Below are positions 40,085 through 50,604 of a stretch of 64,000 nucleotides of DNA, piece after piece (position 1 is the stretch's first letter; the number at the start of each line of letters is the position of its first letter). The notes below the pieces were generated by a model that made no database searches, was not told where the DNA came from, and worked only from the letters and a program-made list of their open reading frames with translations. A program made the translations under genes and the position numbers. The DNA is from Thermoproteota archaeon (GTDB lineage Archaea; Thermoproteota; Bathyarchaeia; Bathyarchaeales; Bathyarchaeaceae). The stretch lies in contig JBHORG010000004.1 of NCBI GenBank assembly GCA_042565955.1, forward strand, positions 31,677 through 95,676. The letters are read 5' to 3'.

Positions 40085-41707
40085 ATGTGGGGAATAAAGG
40101 GCAAGGAATCTAATACGTTCATTGGAATTATTCCCATAATTATTACAGCCTTACTTGTTGTAGGAATTTTTGTTTGTCAACCCGTTTCCAGCTGTTATGG
40201 TCCCCACATCACCGCCAGTCTTTCAGCTTCTGAAATATCTATAAACGAGAATATTACCGTAACCGGAACCGTTTGTCTTGGAACTGAAGAAGGTCCAACA
40301 AATCTTACAGTAAGAGTGACATTTGTAAAGCCCGACTACGGTTGGATAGAACATTTTGTTCAAGCTGACAACGAAACCGGAGAATTCACTGTAACTCAAA
40401 AACTAGAAATGGCTGGATACTGGAATGTATTTCCTATCCTGGGTCACATAACTGACAGGTTGGGAGTAACTGTCACTGATCCATTATATGACCCTTCAAA
40501 TCCCCCCCCAATAGTTGGATCACCATTTAAGCCTAACGCTCTGCTAATTACTGCAGCTGTTACCACTGTAAGCATCAGTGCAATAGTAGCAGTGACTGGA
40601 CGAAAGAAAAAGACACGAAAAATTAGCTCTTTAAGATTGTTTATCCAAGTAGGCTTGGTTTTCCTAATTTTCTTTGGTATGTTTATTGATCACGAAATTC
40701 TACCACAACCCGCTAGCAAAATACCTGTCCACGAATTTTTAATTGCAACAAATGTGTTTGGAGTCGAAATGTCTGATGGTTTTCCAGTTCCTTTCTTTGG
40801 GTGCTACTATCCCTGTGGAAAAACCGTAACCTGTGCACTTTGGGAAATTCAGACATACATTTATCCTTTCTGGCAAACCAACCGTGGTTGGGGTGTAGAT
40901 TACAATTCTTCTGGGTTAGTTAGATTGGCAATAGTTTTCGGATCAGTTATGTTGTTGTCTGTTCTTTTGGGAAAATTCTTTTGCGGATGGGTTTGCCCAT
41001 TCGGTTTGTACATGGATTTGCTTACATACATAAGAAAAGCAGTAAAAATACCGCATCGAGATCTCTCAGAAGACTTCAACAAAAAATTTCATCAACTCGG
41101 ATACGTAATATTAGCCCTTATTATAGTGCTAAGCGTCATTTTCGGCTCAGAAGCCATAGCAAACGCCCAATTGATTCCCGGAACCGAAGAAGGTGGATTT
41201 ATTTACCAGTACTTTTCTGCGCCTTTCTGTCAGGTATGTCCTATGAAGCCATTCTGTGTACTACTACAATCAAGTGTTGGATTGATACGCCCAGAATGGA
41301 TTGGTCAAGTAACGACAGGACAATTCTATGAATTAGGCTATTACATAACATCTCTGAATCTAATCGTTTTAGGCGTAGTTACAGTGTCAGCATTCCTGTA
41401 TAGGCGAGCATGGTGCAGAATTTGTCCACTGGGAGCATTAATTGCATTGTTTCATCGTTTTCCACCATTCAAGTGGGTTTCTGTTCTTCGTTTAGATAAG
41501 GTTGAGGAGAAGTGCACCAAATGTGGAATATGTAAAAGGATTTGTCCAACACAGGTTACGGAAGTATATGATGAGAAGGGTGGAGACGTTACAACATCAA
41601 GTTGTATACTGTGTCTGCGTTGTGTTGAAATGTGTCCATACGAAGATGCTTTACAACTAAAAGCTGCGGGAAAAACAGTCTTGAGGTCAAGAAACTGGCT
41701 AGATTAA
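40085..41707 (+). CDS. Membrane polyferredoxin (NapH/MauN/CcoG-like) with N-terminal exported domain
   Basis: FFCGWVCPFG, FCQVCP, WCRICPLG, CTKCGICKRICP, CILCLRCVEMCP. Confidence 0.88.
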   Translation: MWGIKGKESNTFIGIIPIIITALLVVGIFVCQPVSSCYGPHITASLSASEISINENITVTGTVCLGTEEGPTNLTVRVTFVKPDYGWIEHFVQADNETGEFTVTQKLEMAGYWNVFPILGHITDRLGVTVTDPLYDPSNPPPIVGSPFKPNALLITAAVTTVSISAIVAVTGRKKKTRKISSLRLFIQVGLVFLIFFGMFIDHEILPQPASKIPVHEFLIATNVFGVEMSDGFPVPFFGCYYPCGKTVTCALWEIQTYIYPFWQTNRGWGVDYNSSGLVRLAIVFGSVMLLSVLLGKFFCGWVCPFGLYMDLLTYIRKAVKIPHRDLSEDFNKKFHQLGYVILALIIVLSVIFGSEAIANAQLIPGTEEGGFIYQYFSAPFCQVCPMKPFCVLLQSSVGLIRPEWIGQVTTGQFYELGYYITSLNLIVLGVVTVSAFLYRRAWCRICPLGALIALFHRFPPFKWVSVLRLDKVEEKCTKCGICKRICPTQVTEVYDEKGGDVTTSSCILCLRCVEMCPYEDALQLKAAGKTVLRSRNWLD

Positions 41708-41726
41708 AAAAAAAGTGTGAGGTCTA

Positions 41727-42632
41727 TTGAAAAAGACAAAGGCTACTTTGGTTATTATATCCATCTTATTCAGTGTGTGTTCTATGTATATTCTGTCTGT
41801 TCAATCATCCGGGATGATTTTTATCAATGTCGATGGCACTATTGAAGGAACAGATAAGATTCAGCGTGATGGTAACTTGTATACTTTCACAGCTGACATC
41901 AAAGAATCTTATGGAATTATTGTTGAAAAAAAAGACATTATAATTGATGGAAAATGTCATACCATAGAAGGAACACCCAGAATTCTACCAATCGGTTCAT
42001 GGGACTATGGAATAGAACTATCAAATGGTACTGGTGGCAATGTGACCATCAAGAATCTGAAGATTGTAAACTTTAATATTGGCATCTATATCGGTACAGC
42101 AAACAATACAGTAACAGGAAATATGATAACGGGTGGCAATGTAGGCATTACCATGGCTGAATCTCCTAACACTATCGTCGGTAACATTTTAGGAGATAAC
42201 ATTGAAGGCGTCTTCTTGGGGCCAATCCTGTACAATCACACAAAGGTTTACAACGTATTCTATCTAAACAGTTTCTTGAACAACACAAGGCACATATATG
42301 ACTGTGAATGTACCAGCACACTCTGGATGCAGCACCTGAACATTTGGGATAACGGTACAAGTGGAAATTATTGGAGCGATTATGACGGCATTGATGAAGA
42401 TAAAGATGGAATTGGTGATACTGCCTACTCAGTTACTGATGATGATGTTGATATGTATCCACTTATGGAGCCTCTAACCCTATCCTTAACTGAAAACAAT
42501 GGCTTCCTAGGTATGGACTTATCGTTAGAAATTGGTTTTGCTATTACAGCCGGGATAGTTGTTGTAATGTTAACTATTGCATATGTTATTTTAAAACGTA
42601 GAAATAATCAAACATTGAAAAAGATCAACTAA
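41727..42632 (+). CDS. NosD-like right-handed beta-helix surface protein
   Basis: Signal peptide, N/G/I-rich repeats, WDNGTSGNYWSDY.G.D...DGIGD, C-terminal TM segment. Confidence 0.85.
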   Translation: MKKTKATLVIISILFSVCSMYILSVQSSGMIFINVDGTIEGTDKIQRDGNLYTFTADIKESYGIIVEKKDIIIDGKCHTIEGTPRILPIGSWDYGIELSNGTGGNVTIKNLKIVNFNIGIYIGTANNTVTGNMITGGNVGITMAESPNTIVGNILGDNIEGVFLGPILYNHTKVYNVFYLNSFLNNTRHIYDCECTSTLWMQHLNIWDNGTSGNYWSDYDGIDEDKDGIGDTAYSVTDDDVDMYPLMEPLTLSLTENNGFLGMDLSLEIGFAITAGIVVVMLTIAYVILKRRNNQTLKKIN

Positions 42633-42671
42633 ACGTCACTCATTTTAAGAACAATAGATCGGTGAATATCT

Positions 42672-43364
42672 TTATCCTAGCTTGAGATAATCTAATACTC
42701 CTAATGTCAAAACGGAAACTCCTAGCAGGACAAGGAATGTTCCCCCGAGTATTGATACCCATTTTCTGAAAAGTGGAGCTTTTTCAAGAAGCCAACCAAT
42801 TGCTCCTCCAAGAAACAGCACAGGCGATAATGCTGTTCCCAAACCAAAAAGAACTGCTAATAATGTTAAATTAACTTGCGAGAATGTAACGGCATATAAG
42901 AGGAGAGCCACAAGGGGGGGACATAACACAAAACCTCTAGTTATGCCCATAGAAAAGGCTCGAACATCAAATCTTTGCTTTACAGTTTTTAAGATTCCAT
43001 GAGGTTCAAGGTTGTTTGCTCCACAAGTGCCTCCGGAAGATTTCTTGTAGAATATACTTATTCCGATAACTATAACAACAATACCAAAAATTATTGAAAA
43101 AAATTCTTGGTATGAATTGAAGAAAGTGTCACTTACCACAGTTTTGAATAAACCGATTAGGGTTCCTATGATCCCGTATGCTATTATCCGACCTGAATTA
43201 AAGATGGCGGTGACTGTCACTCCTTTACGGAATCCTGCTTTGATTCCTGCAATGTAGCTTACTAGATATGGTAAGCATGCTGATGTGCAGAAGGTAAGTC
43301 CATATAAAAACCCTAATGCTAGGGATGCGAGGTAGGGATTTGAAATCTGCTCTAGTAACGTCAT
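42672..43364 (-). CDS. DsbD_2/CcdA-like membrane protein
   Basis: GLTFCTSAC, FNSGRIIAY..IG, GFVLCPP, FGLGT. Confidence 0.8.
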   Translation of the reverse strand: MTLLEQISNPYLASLALGFLYGLTFCTSACLPYLVSYIAGIKAGFRKGVTVTAIFNSGRIIAYGIIGTLIGLFKTVVSDTFFNSYQEFFSIIFGIVVIVIGISIFYKKSSGGTCGANNLEPHGILKTVKQRFDVRAFSMGITRGFVLCPPLVALLLYAVTFSQVNLTLLAVLFGLGTALSPVLFLGGAIGWLLEKAPLFRKWVSILGGTFLVLLGVSVLTLGVLDYLKLG

Positions 43365-43370
43365 CTATTC

Positions 43371-44072
43371 CTAAAGCTCCTCATGGGGTATCTGTGAAAA
43401 AAGTTTTCCATCGCTCATGAACAGCAAACTATCCGTATATTCCTTGATATAATCTGCGTGAGTGACAGCTACAACAGTTTGACCCTGGTCTTTGCTAACC
43501 TTATGGCATATCTTTAGAATCTCCTTTCCAGTATTAGTGTCCAAGTTTCCAGTAGGTTCATCCAAGAGAAGAATTCTAGGCTTGTTAGCAAATGCTCGAG
43601 CAATAGCTACTCTCTGCTGTTCTCCCGCACTCAATTCTCCCGGAAGATGATGAGCCCGCTGCTCTAGTCCCATCACCTCAAGAAGTCCTATAGAGCGTTT
43701 AAGGCGATCACTTCTCAACATATTTGTTGGAGCTAAGGCAGCTTCTACATTCTCGATGGCAGAAAAAGTGGGGATCAAATTGTATGCTTGAAAAACGAAA
43801 CCAACTTTCTCACGTCTAACATTAACCAACTCATTTTCATTAAGCTTTGACAGCTCTAAGCCATCTAGGATTACTTTGCCATTGGTAGGTTTGTCAAGTC
43901 CTCCTAACAGATTAAGAAGGCTGGTTTTACCGCTTCCAGATGGACCTAGAATCGTGAGGAATTCGCCTTCTGGAACATCTAAAAAGACGTTATCAACAGC
44001 TTTTACTTCATCGAAGCGTCCTTTATGATATGTTTTTGTTAGGTTTGAAGCCATAATCATGTTATTTTGCAT
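43371..44072 (-). CDS. ABC transporter ATP-binding protein, LolD/MacB type
   Basis: GPSGSGKT, GFVFQ, LSAGEQQRVAIAR, DEPTGNLD, VTH. Confidence 0.95.
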   Translation of the reverse strand: MQNNMIMASNLTKTYHKGRFDEVKAVDNVFLDVPEGEFLTILGPSGSGKTSLLNLLGGLDKPTNGKVILDGLELSKLNENELVNVRREKVGFVFQAYNLIPTFSAIENVEAALAPTNMLRSDRLKRSIGLLEVMGLEQRAHHLPGELSAGEQQRVAIARAFANKPRILLLDEPTGNLDTNTGKEILKICHKVSKDQGQTVVAVTHADYIKEYTDSLLFMSDGKLFSQIPHEEL

Positions 44073-44089
44073 CTTTCAATTTCTCCAAC

Positions 44090-45247
44090 CTATACTGTTC
44101 TAAGAGCCTCGATAGGGACTAACCTAGCCGCCCTCAAGGAAGAAAATAATCCTGTAATAATCGCACTTAGTATTGCTATTCCAAAACCTAAGCTGAGAAG
44201 TATTGGATCAATACTTACAAATTCTAGAGCTCCTCCAATTCCTCCCCCTATCGTAGAGAGAACATACGAAGCGAACACATAACCTAAAGAACAGCCTAGT
44301 GCGCCTCCTATGATTCCTTGTATGGTGGATTCGATTACAATCTGGGTTACGATATTACTGTTGCTCCAACCTATGGCTTTCAGTATTCCTATCTCTTTGG
44401 TGCGTTCTGCTACATTACCCAGCTGAGACCTGACTATGAAAAGAATAGTGATAATTGCTAAAGCAATCGAAATGTTCCACGCAGTATCTTCATTTATTTG
44501 GATAATCCCTGATGCCGTCTCAGCTAAATCCGAACCAGTTAATGTGCTTGAATTAGGCCACTTTTCTTCCAATACTGCAGCGATTTGTTCTACATCACCA
44601 GGGCTACTCACTCGAATAAGACCCATGTTCACTAATCCAATCGGTTTTTCAGGCAAGACTTCTTGGACAACTGGTAGATTCACGTAAATATGGGACTTCA
44701 TAATGTTTGATGCACTAACCTCAACTATTCCTATCACCTCAAAATCTGCTGCATAATTAACTGTTGAACCTAGTGTGAGGTTGTTCAGTTCCGCATATTC
44801 TTTATCAACAAGCGCCACAAATCCATCGTCAGGAGTAAGATACCTTCCCGCAATAACGGAACTCTGCAAAACGGCATTTGTTTCTATTTCGGAGGGATCG
44901 ATACCCGTAAACACCATAGCCCGTAACCTGTGCATTAGTATCGGTACTGCACATTCAACCTCAGGGACATCCCCTATTTCAGTTAGAAGCGTTTGGTTGA
45001 ACGGATATGAAAAAAGGTGATTAACGACATAACAGCCAGTGCTCGTTGGCTTGACAGGCGCATTGTATATGAAGATTATGTCTGTTCCTATGTTGTTAAG
45101 GGGAACTGAGGTGCATGTTTCCCAACCTCTAGCCGCCATAACCAAAGTTATTAAGGTACTGATAGCGATAACGAAGCCGGCAATGTTTACTGCGGTCCGA
45201 TATTTTCTTTTTCGTATTTCTCGGATAGCATACATAATAGATATCAA
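44090..45247 (-). CDS. ABC transporter permease, FtsX/MacB type
   Basis: N-terminal TM segment, extracytoplasmic domain, ERTKEIGILKAIG, RAARLVPIEALR. Confidence 0.93.
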   Translation of the reverse strand: MISIMYAIREIRKRKYRTAVNIAGFVIAISTLITLVMAARGWETCTSVPLNNIGTDIIFIYNAPVKPTSTGCYVVNHLFSYPFNQTLLTEIGDVPEVECAVPILMHRLRAMVFTGIDPSEIETNAVLQSSVIAGRYLTPDDGFVALVDKEYAELNNLTLGSTVNYAADFEVIGIVEVSASNIMKSHIYVNLPVVQEVLPEKPIGLVNMGLIRVSSPGDVEQIAAVLEEKWPNSSTLTGSDLAETASGIIQINEDTAWNISIALAIITILFIVRSQLGNVAERTKEIGILKAIGWSNSNIVTQIVIESTIQGIIGGALGCSLGYVFASYVLSTIGGGIGGALEFVSIDPILLSLGFGIAILSAIITGLFSSLRAARLVPIEALRTV

Positions 45248-45457
45248 ACAGTTAACCTCGTTTGATGTTCAAGAAGAAGATGAGTGAAGAGGATTGTCGG
45301 AGTTTATGTTTGTGGGAGATTGACATAACCGACGGGAAAGAAAATGTAGTTCCAGATTTGTGACCAGTCAATAAAATCGTAAAATTTGTTATTATTTTTC
45401 TTGTTCCATTAACCATAACAATTGATCGTGTATGGACTTTAACGTAAAAGTTTTTTT

Positions 45458-45473
45458 GTAAAGGTTTCTTGAC
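45458..45473. promoter_or_regulatory. Palindromic site copy 2 (GTAAAGGTTTCTTGAC)
   Basis: Upstream of the ABC operon, flanked by T and A tracts. Confidence 0.65.
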
Positions 45474-45647
45474 AAAAATCAATGTTCTGCTTGAGAACAT
45501 TTCTATACTTCTGGGAGGATTGAAAGGTTGACCTGAGAAGAAAATTTTCGGGTGATAGCATGAATACCGAGTTATCAAGGAACAAAAAAAGAGTAAAAGA
45601 AATTTGAGTAATCTATTTAATGTAAACGATAAAGAAAGACTTGATAT

Positions 45648-46883
45648 TTATCCAAAAATAGTGGTGTGAAGTAGCATACCATCCAAAACCCCCACCAGAT
45701 ATGACAGGACCCAGAAAATTGTTGTTAATTGTGCTATCCTTCTGCTCTTAGTTGCAAATGATGTTGACCCAGGACGCCAAAGTGTAACAAGCCACGTCCC
45801 AAAGACTAATGCTGGAATTGAAAAAACGGCATGCAAGACGTTCATAACCAAACGCAAAGTTGTCCCGACATACATCTCCAAGGAACTAAGGGGACCCATA
45901 AACAGTACCGCAGAAAATCCAACAAACCATGCACACATTACTACTAACATTGTAATCTCGTGCACAAAATAGTTGCCTTTTTTTCTGAACCACATGCTCA
46001 CTAAGACCAAACCTGTCCAAAAAGTTTGCATAATAAGATTGAACTCAGCGAAACTCATGCCAATCTCATAAAAGGGGAAGAAGAGTATAATTCCAATCTC
46101 CACCAAAACAACAATGATGATGGTAAGGACTGCGAGCTTTCCCTGCAAAGAGGGACACAAAGTAAGTTTTTCTGTTTTTTTTGTTCGTGTAACAATCATC
46201 AATGAAGCCAGTATCAAAACTGCCAACACTAAAATTACTGCAGCCAGCCCGTAAAACACCATCTGGTTTATTCCTAGAAATTTGTCAGGGTTCCACATGT
46301 TTGTAGCGATTGCGTGTATGGTAACAGTCAAGTCCTCAATGTACCAGCCATCCTTATTTGTCACGTTTCTAAAATGTTCCGAAGATCCAACAAACACGCC
46401 AGTAGCTTTATCCCATTCCTTGTGCCGAAATGAGTCGTCTCCATATGTTACAGTTCGGCTTGCGCCTAACACAGTCTTTTGCTCCTGACTTTGAACAGTT
46501 ACGTTAACGGGTTTTCCGGTGTGTTCTGAGGAATCATAAAACATGTCTCCCGGACTAAGATTTGAAGGAATAATTATCCACCCTCCAACATTCCCTTCAG
46601 TAACGTTAAACTTCCAAACGGCAGTGCCCATTGTCCCATTCGCATACCTGGTAGTAAGATTCACTGAGAACGCTGCACCTTGAACTGGCAAAATCTCTAT
46701 TCTCATCCACCTAACGTCATGTGTCGGAGGTGATGTACCAGTACCAGTTACGCTAATGTCGTACTCAATCCAATCCCCTTCTTTGACACCTACCGAGGGC
46801 TCGTCGTAAGCGAGGGTGGGTGAGGCAATGATTGAAACAGAAAATATTATGCTTGTCAGAATTAAAGCAGTGAAGGCTTTCAC
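45648..46883 (-). CDS. Exported beta-rich domain fused to a DUF420-like membrane domain
   Basis: GVKEGDWIEY...WDKATGV N-terminal domain; RKKGNYFVHEITML, LHAVFS, RRIAQLT..FW helices. Confidence 0.65.
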   Translation of the reverse strand: MKAFTALILTSIIFSVSIIASPTLAYDEPSVGVKEGDWIEYDISVTGTGTSPPTHDVRWMRIEILPVQGAAFSVNLTTRYANGTMGTAVWKFNVTEGNVGGWIIIPSNLSPGDMFYDSSEHTGKPVNVTVQSQEQKTVLGASRTVTYGDDSFRHKEWDKATGVFVGSSEHFRNVTNKDGWYIEDLTVTIHAIATNMWNPDKFLGINQMVFYGLAAVILVLAVLILASLMIVTRTKKTEKLTLCPSLQGKLAVLTIIIVVLVEIGIILFFPFYEIGMSFAEFNLIMQTFWTGLVLVSMWFRKKGNYFVHEITMLVVMCAWFVGFSAVLFMGPLSSLEMYVGTTLRLVMNVLHAVFSIPALVFGTWLVTLWRPGSTSFATKSRRIAQLTTIFWVLSYLVGVLDGMLLHTTIFG

Positions 46884-46928
46884 TTCTCATCGATTTATAT
46901 GAGTTTATCTGGCGATTAAAGCGTTTTT

Positions 46929-47023
46929 ATCAAGTTTTCTTGACCAAAGAAGCTAGCAATACGCTTTTTTGGTCAACGTTTCTTGACCAACTAATGATTC
47001 TTTTTTGGTCAAGGTTTCTTGAT
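46929..47023. promoter_or_regulatory. Palindromic site copies 3-5 (46929-46944, 46972-46987, 47008-47023)
   Basis: ATCAAGTTTTCTTGAC, GTCAACGTTTCTTGAC and GTCAAGGTTTCTTGAT between divergent genes. Confidence 0.75.
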
Positions 47024-47058
47024 AAAAATCTTTTTCCCCATTAATAACTAAGGTATTA

Positions 47059-48375
47059 GTGGTGCCTTTAGTGGGAGATAAAAGGGCAACTATCATGCTA
47101 GTATTGGTTCTATGTTTTGCAGTCTTTGCCATTCCACAAATTGGAGTAGTCAATGCACAAGCTAAAACAATAGTCGTTCCAAACGATTACACTACTATTC
47201 AAGAGGCCATCGATAATGCGTTTGATGAGGATATTGTTTTAGTAAAAAGTGGAACATATACTGGAAGTGTAGTGATTAACAAATCCATAACTCTTGTAGG
47301 GGAAGATAAAGAGGAAACGATAATCCTTGGAGATTGGAGTCTGAATGGTACTATAGTTTTAGTACAGCATAATGGAGTTGTTGTTAAGAATCTTACAATG
47401 AAAGCTGTTTATAATTCTGGTCCAAGTGGAAGAGGGATTCATTTTCTTCATGTTCAGAATTGTCAAGTATTAGACTGTATTTTTCAATGTGGTATTGGAG
47501 TTTGGCTTTATGGAGCTTTTGATAATGTAGTAATAAATAATCAGATTATTGGTAAAGGTGTTTCGATGCCTAATACTGCTGGGATTAAGCTTCAACATTC
47601 TCAGCGAAACACCATAAATGGAAATGATATAAGGGGATACACCCATGGTTATGGAATCATTTTTGACTCTTCTACTGATAACTATTTGGTTGGAAATCAG
47701 ATTTCAAACAATTATCATGAAATATTAATCAGAGATTCCAATAACAATAATATAGAAGACAACAATGTTTCAACCTCTCTAAGCATATTTATGAGTCCTA
47801 CAGACCAAGGTATGCTTGAAAGTTATGGTATCAGAATTCAAAACTCTTCCAGTAATAAAATAGTAGGTAACTCGGTTTTAGCTTGTCCTAAAGGAATACG
47901 AATCGTATCTTTCTCATCTCATAATCTCATTGAAAACAATACCATATCAGACAGTTGTTATAATGGACTTGAATTCGTTGAAAATGCAAATTACAATCAA
48001 GTAACAGCCAATACTATAATGGATAACTGGGCTGGAGTTAATTTTTGGAATTCTTCATACAATATTATTTACAATAACAATTTCATAAATAACGAAGTTT
48101 CAATTAGCATTTACTCGATAGATGATAGAAATTTTTTTGATAATGGAACTATTGGTAACTATTGGAATAAATATGCTGGTAGAGACAACGATGGTAATGG
48201 AATAGGTGAAACTCCATTTATTATAGATGTAAACAACCAAGACAATTTCCCATTAATCAACATAATTCCAGAATTATCCTCATGGATGATTGTACCATTA
48301 TTTGCAGCCGGAATGTTTGCTGCATTAATATCCAGAAAAAAACTAACAAAACTTAGAAAATACACAAAAAGCTGA
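47059..48375 (+). CDS. NosD/CASH beta-helix surface protein with PEF-CTERM-like anchor
   Basis: VPNDYTTIQEAID, Asn-rich repeats, GNYWNKY.G.D.DGNGIG, IPEL followed by TM segment and basic tail. Confidence 0.87.
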   Translation: MVPLVGDKRATIMLVLVLCFAVFAIPQIGVVNAQAKTIVVPNDYTTIQEAIDNAFDEDIVLVKSGTYTGSVVINKSITLVGEDKEETIILGDWSLNGTIVLVQHNGVVVKNLTMKAVYNSGPSGRGIHFLHVQNCQVLDCIFQCGIGVWLYGAFDNVVINNQIIGKGVSMPNTAGIKLQHSQRNTINGNDIRGYTHGYGIIFDSSTDNYLVGNQISNNYHEILIRDSNNNNIEDNNVSTSLSIFMSPTDQGMLESYGIRIQNSSSNKIVGNSVLACPKGIRIVSFSSHNLIENNTISDSCYNGLEFVENANYNQVTANTIMDNWAGVNFWNSSYNIIYNNNFINNEVSISIYSIDDRNFFDNGTIGNYWNKYAGRDNDGNGIGETPFIIDVNNQDNFPLINIIPELSSWMIVPLFAAGMFAALISRKKLTKLRKYTKS

Positions 48376-48615
48376 AGGACGACCGTTCTAGATTGGTTTA
48401 TAGTGGGCTACTCTATTACCGCTAATAGAAGAAATATATAAACAAAACAAGAATTATGTTTTAGTTTAACTTATTATCTAAAAATAAATATTGGGAACAA
48501 ATCGCTATCACTTTCTTATCATAAAACGATGTTGATACCTCTTAAGGTTAGATCCAAAAAGACTTCGTTGAACTTTGCATTTATAACACTTCTTTTAAAT
48601 CACAGGGGAGGTAAA

Positions 48616-48807
48616 GTGTCTGCTCTGCAAGAAATGCACCTAATAAGTTACAGTAGAATCGTCCTTCTAGCTTATCTATGTGTTTACATGTCTTGCATAT
48701 ACTTTCTGTTCCAGAGTATTTTCCAAGCACAGTTTGGTTAGTCATCGTTAGTTCTTCTGTTTTTCATCTACATTAAAATCCTTTCGGAGCATAAATACAC
48801 CTTCTAA
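48616..48807 (+). pseudogene. Small hydrophobic ORF interrupted by an in-frame TAG (48739-48741)
   Basis: GGGGAGGT before GTG; hydrophobic sequence continues after the stop (SSLVLLFFIYIKIL). Confidence 0.35.
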
Positions 48808-49101
48808 TGACCAGCTTCATTTCTATTTTTAACGTTGGTATTGAGTGTACTTTCGATTATATCTTCTTCTTTTGGTAAGCTCTTTTTTATCTCTCAATAA
48901 GTGAGTTTGCGGGTGGCTGTTTCAAGTTTAGTTAAGAGTGTTAATGATTGATGTTGTTCATGTTATGGTATCTATGCTTGTTTAAACTCGTTTCAGGGCT
49001 AATTATGGAAAAAGAACAGTTATTGACAGTTAAAGATATATCTACATGTTAACAACAGTTATTTCGGTCTTTTATACTATTTTTCGACTGGGTGTTAGAA
49101 T

Positions 49102-50340
49102 TTGATCTCATGGAAGTATTCTTTTGAGAAAATAGGTAAGGATTTGGAATTAGCTAGGAAAAAGAAGCAAGCTCTTGACAATCTTTTCAATTCAGGTAAA
49201 ATTTCGGCATGCACATATGATTCACTTGATAATCAACTTATTAATATGATTGCTGATATCGAAATGCGCCAGAAAATTCTCGTCGATAATTTAGCCTCTA
49301 AAGTAGAGGATCTAGAAAAACAGATCGGTACTTTGGAAGTATTTCTTGCACAGTCTGAAATTCAGTATGTTGCAGGAGAGATTGACGAAGAGTTGCATGC
49401 CAACGAAACGAGTGCTTTTTCAAATGGTCTCGGTTCGTTAAAAAAGCAGTTATGTTCTCTAAAGGAGGCGGTAGGTACCTTTACACCTGCAGTTATGGAA
49501 TCAATACCCATATCTGCACCTGTAGAAGCTGAACCTTTGGAATTCGTTGAAATGCCAGATGAAGCGCCAGTTGAAGAAACTGTTGAAATGCCTGTTGAGG
49601 CAACTCTTGAAGTTCTCGAAGCTCCTGTAGCTGAAGAAGTCGAAGAGACCTTCGTTGATGCTGTTGAGGTTCCTGAACTTGCAGTTGAGGCTCCTGTTGA
49701 GGCGTCAGTTGAGGAAACGCTAACTCCTTTTGTTGAGGTTCCTGTTGAAGAGGAAACAGTAGAAGTTCTTGTTGAAGCTCCTGAAATTGTGGTTGAGGAG
49801 GCTGCTGAAATTGCAGTGAATGTTCAAGTTGAATCTCCGATAGAAGAAACTATTGCTGCTCCAGTTTATGCTCCTGTTGAAATGCCTGTTGAGGCGCCAG
49901 TTGAAGTTCCAGTTGAAACTCCTGTGGAGGAATCAATTGAAGAACTAATAACTCCTTCCGAAGCTCCAGTTGAAGAAAAGATTCTAGAAACTCCTGTTGA
50001 AGATCCAATAAACGTTGACTCTATCTTTGACGAGTTAACAATCGAAGAATCCCAAGAAACGCAGACCACTGATATACCTGAGGAAATAGTTGACGTAAGT
50101 CCTGAAGAGACCGTTGAAATACCCTCCACTGAAGAAGTAATCGAGGTAGAAGTTATTTCTGAAGCACCAATGGAAGAGATTACAGGTGCAGAGGAATCTG
50201 AAGTCTTTGAAGAATCCGATATTGAAGAGAAAACGGCCGAAACAACTAGCACCGAAACTATCCCAGAAGAAGAAGCTGTTACCGAAGAAGCTGCAAACGA
50301 CGAAGAACTAACCATTGAAGAAGACTACGACAGCCTCTAG
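49102..50340 (+). CDS. CdvA-like coiled-coil protein with a long acidic E/V/P-rich tail
   Basis: LARKKKQALDNL...GKIS..TY, EIQYVAGEIDEE pattern, then about 280 aa of low-complexity sequence. Confidence 0.75.
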   Translation: MISWKYSFEKIGKDLELARKKKQALDNLFNSGKISACTYDSLDNQLINMIADIEMRQKILVDNLASKVEDLEKQIGTLEVFLAQSEIQYVAGEIDEELHANETSAFSNGLGSLKKQLCSLKEAVGTFTPAVMESIPISAPVEAEPLEFVEMPDEAPVEETVEMPVEATLEVLEAPVAEEVEETFVDAVEVPELAVEAPVEASVEETLTPFVEVPVEEETVEVLVEAPEIVVEEAAEIAVNVQVESPIEETIAAPVYAPVEMPVEAPVEVPVETPVEESIEELITPSEAPVEEKILETPVEDPINVDSIFDELTIEESQETQTTDIPEEIVDVSPEETVEIPSTEEVIEVEVISEAPMEEITGAEESEVFEESDIEEKTAETTSTETIPEEEAVTEEAANDEELTIEEDYDSL

Positions 50341-50604
50341 ACAAAAAAGAAGTAATCTTTTGTCTAGCTCCTAACCCTTTCTTTATCCTTTTTTTGTATA
50401 TGCAACAACAATATAATGGAAAATTACGGAGATTCTATGAGCCCTCCAGATCTGAAGCGAGTATGAAAGGTTATATTATTGTTGCTTCTATTGTTCAAAT
50501 TGTTTTTACTATTGTACTGTTAGCTATGTGCATACGTAACATTTATGAATGGTGCGTGAGGCTAGACATCAGCAGAGAAGCCAATTAGTATGGGAAGGAT
50601 ATGT

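Noticed and set aside
45252-45578. 108-aa minus-strand ORF
   Set aside because: No recognisable motif; overlaps the regulatory palindrome and promoter region.
46929-47023. Mini CRISPR array
   Set aside because: Only three imperfect 16-bp palindromes with 20-27 nt gaps, no cas genes, and the same motif occurs singly in other promoters.
39583-48741. In-frame TAGs at 39583 and 48739 as pyrrolysine or amber recoding
   Set aside because: TAG ends tusA, ef1b, cdc48, fen and larA at their expected C-termini and no pyl genes are visible. Point nonsense mutations are simpler.
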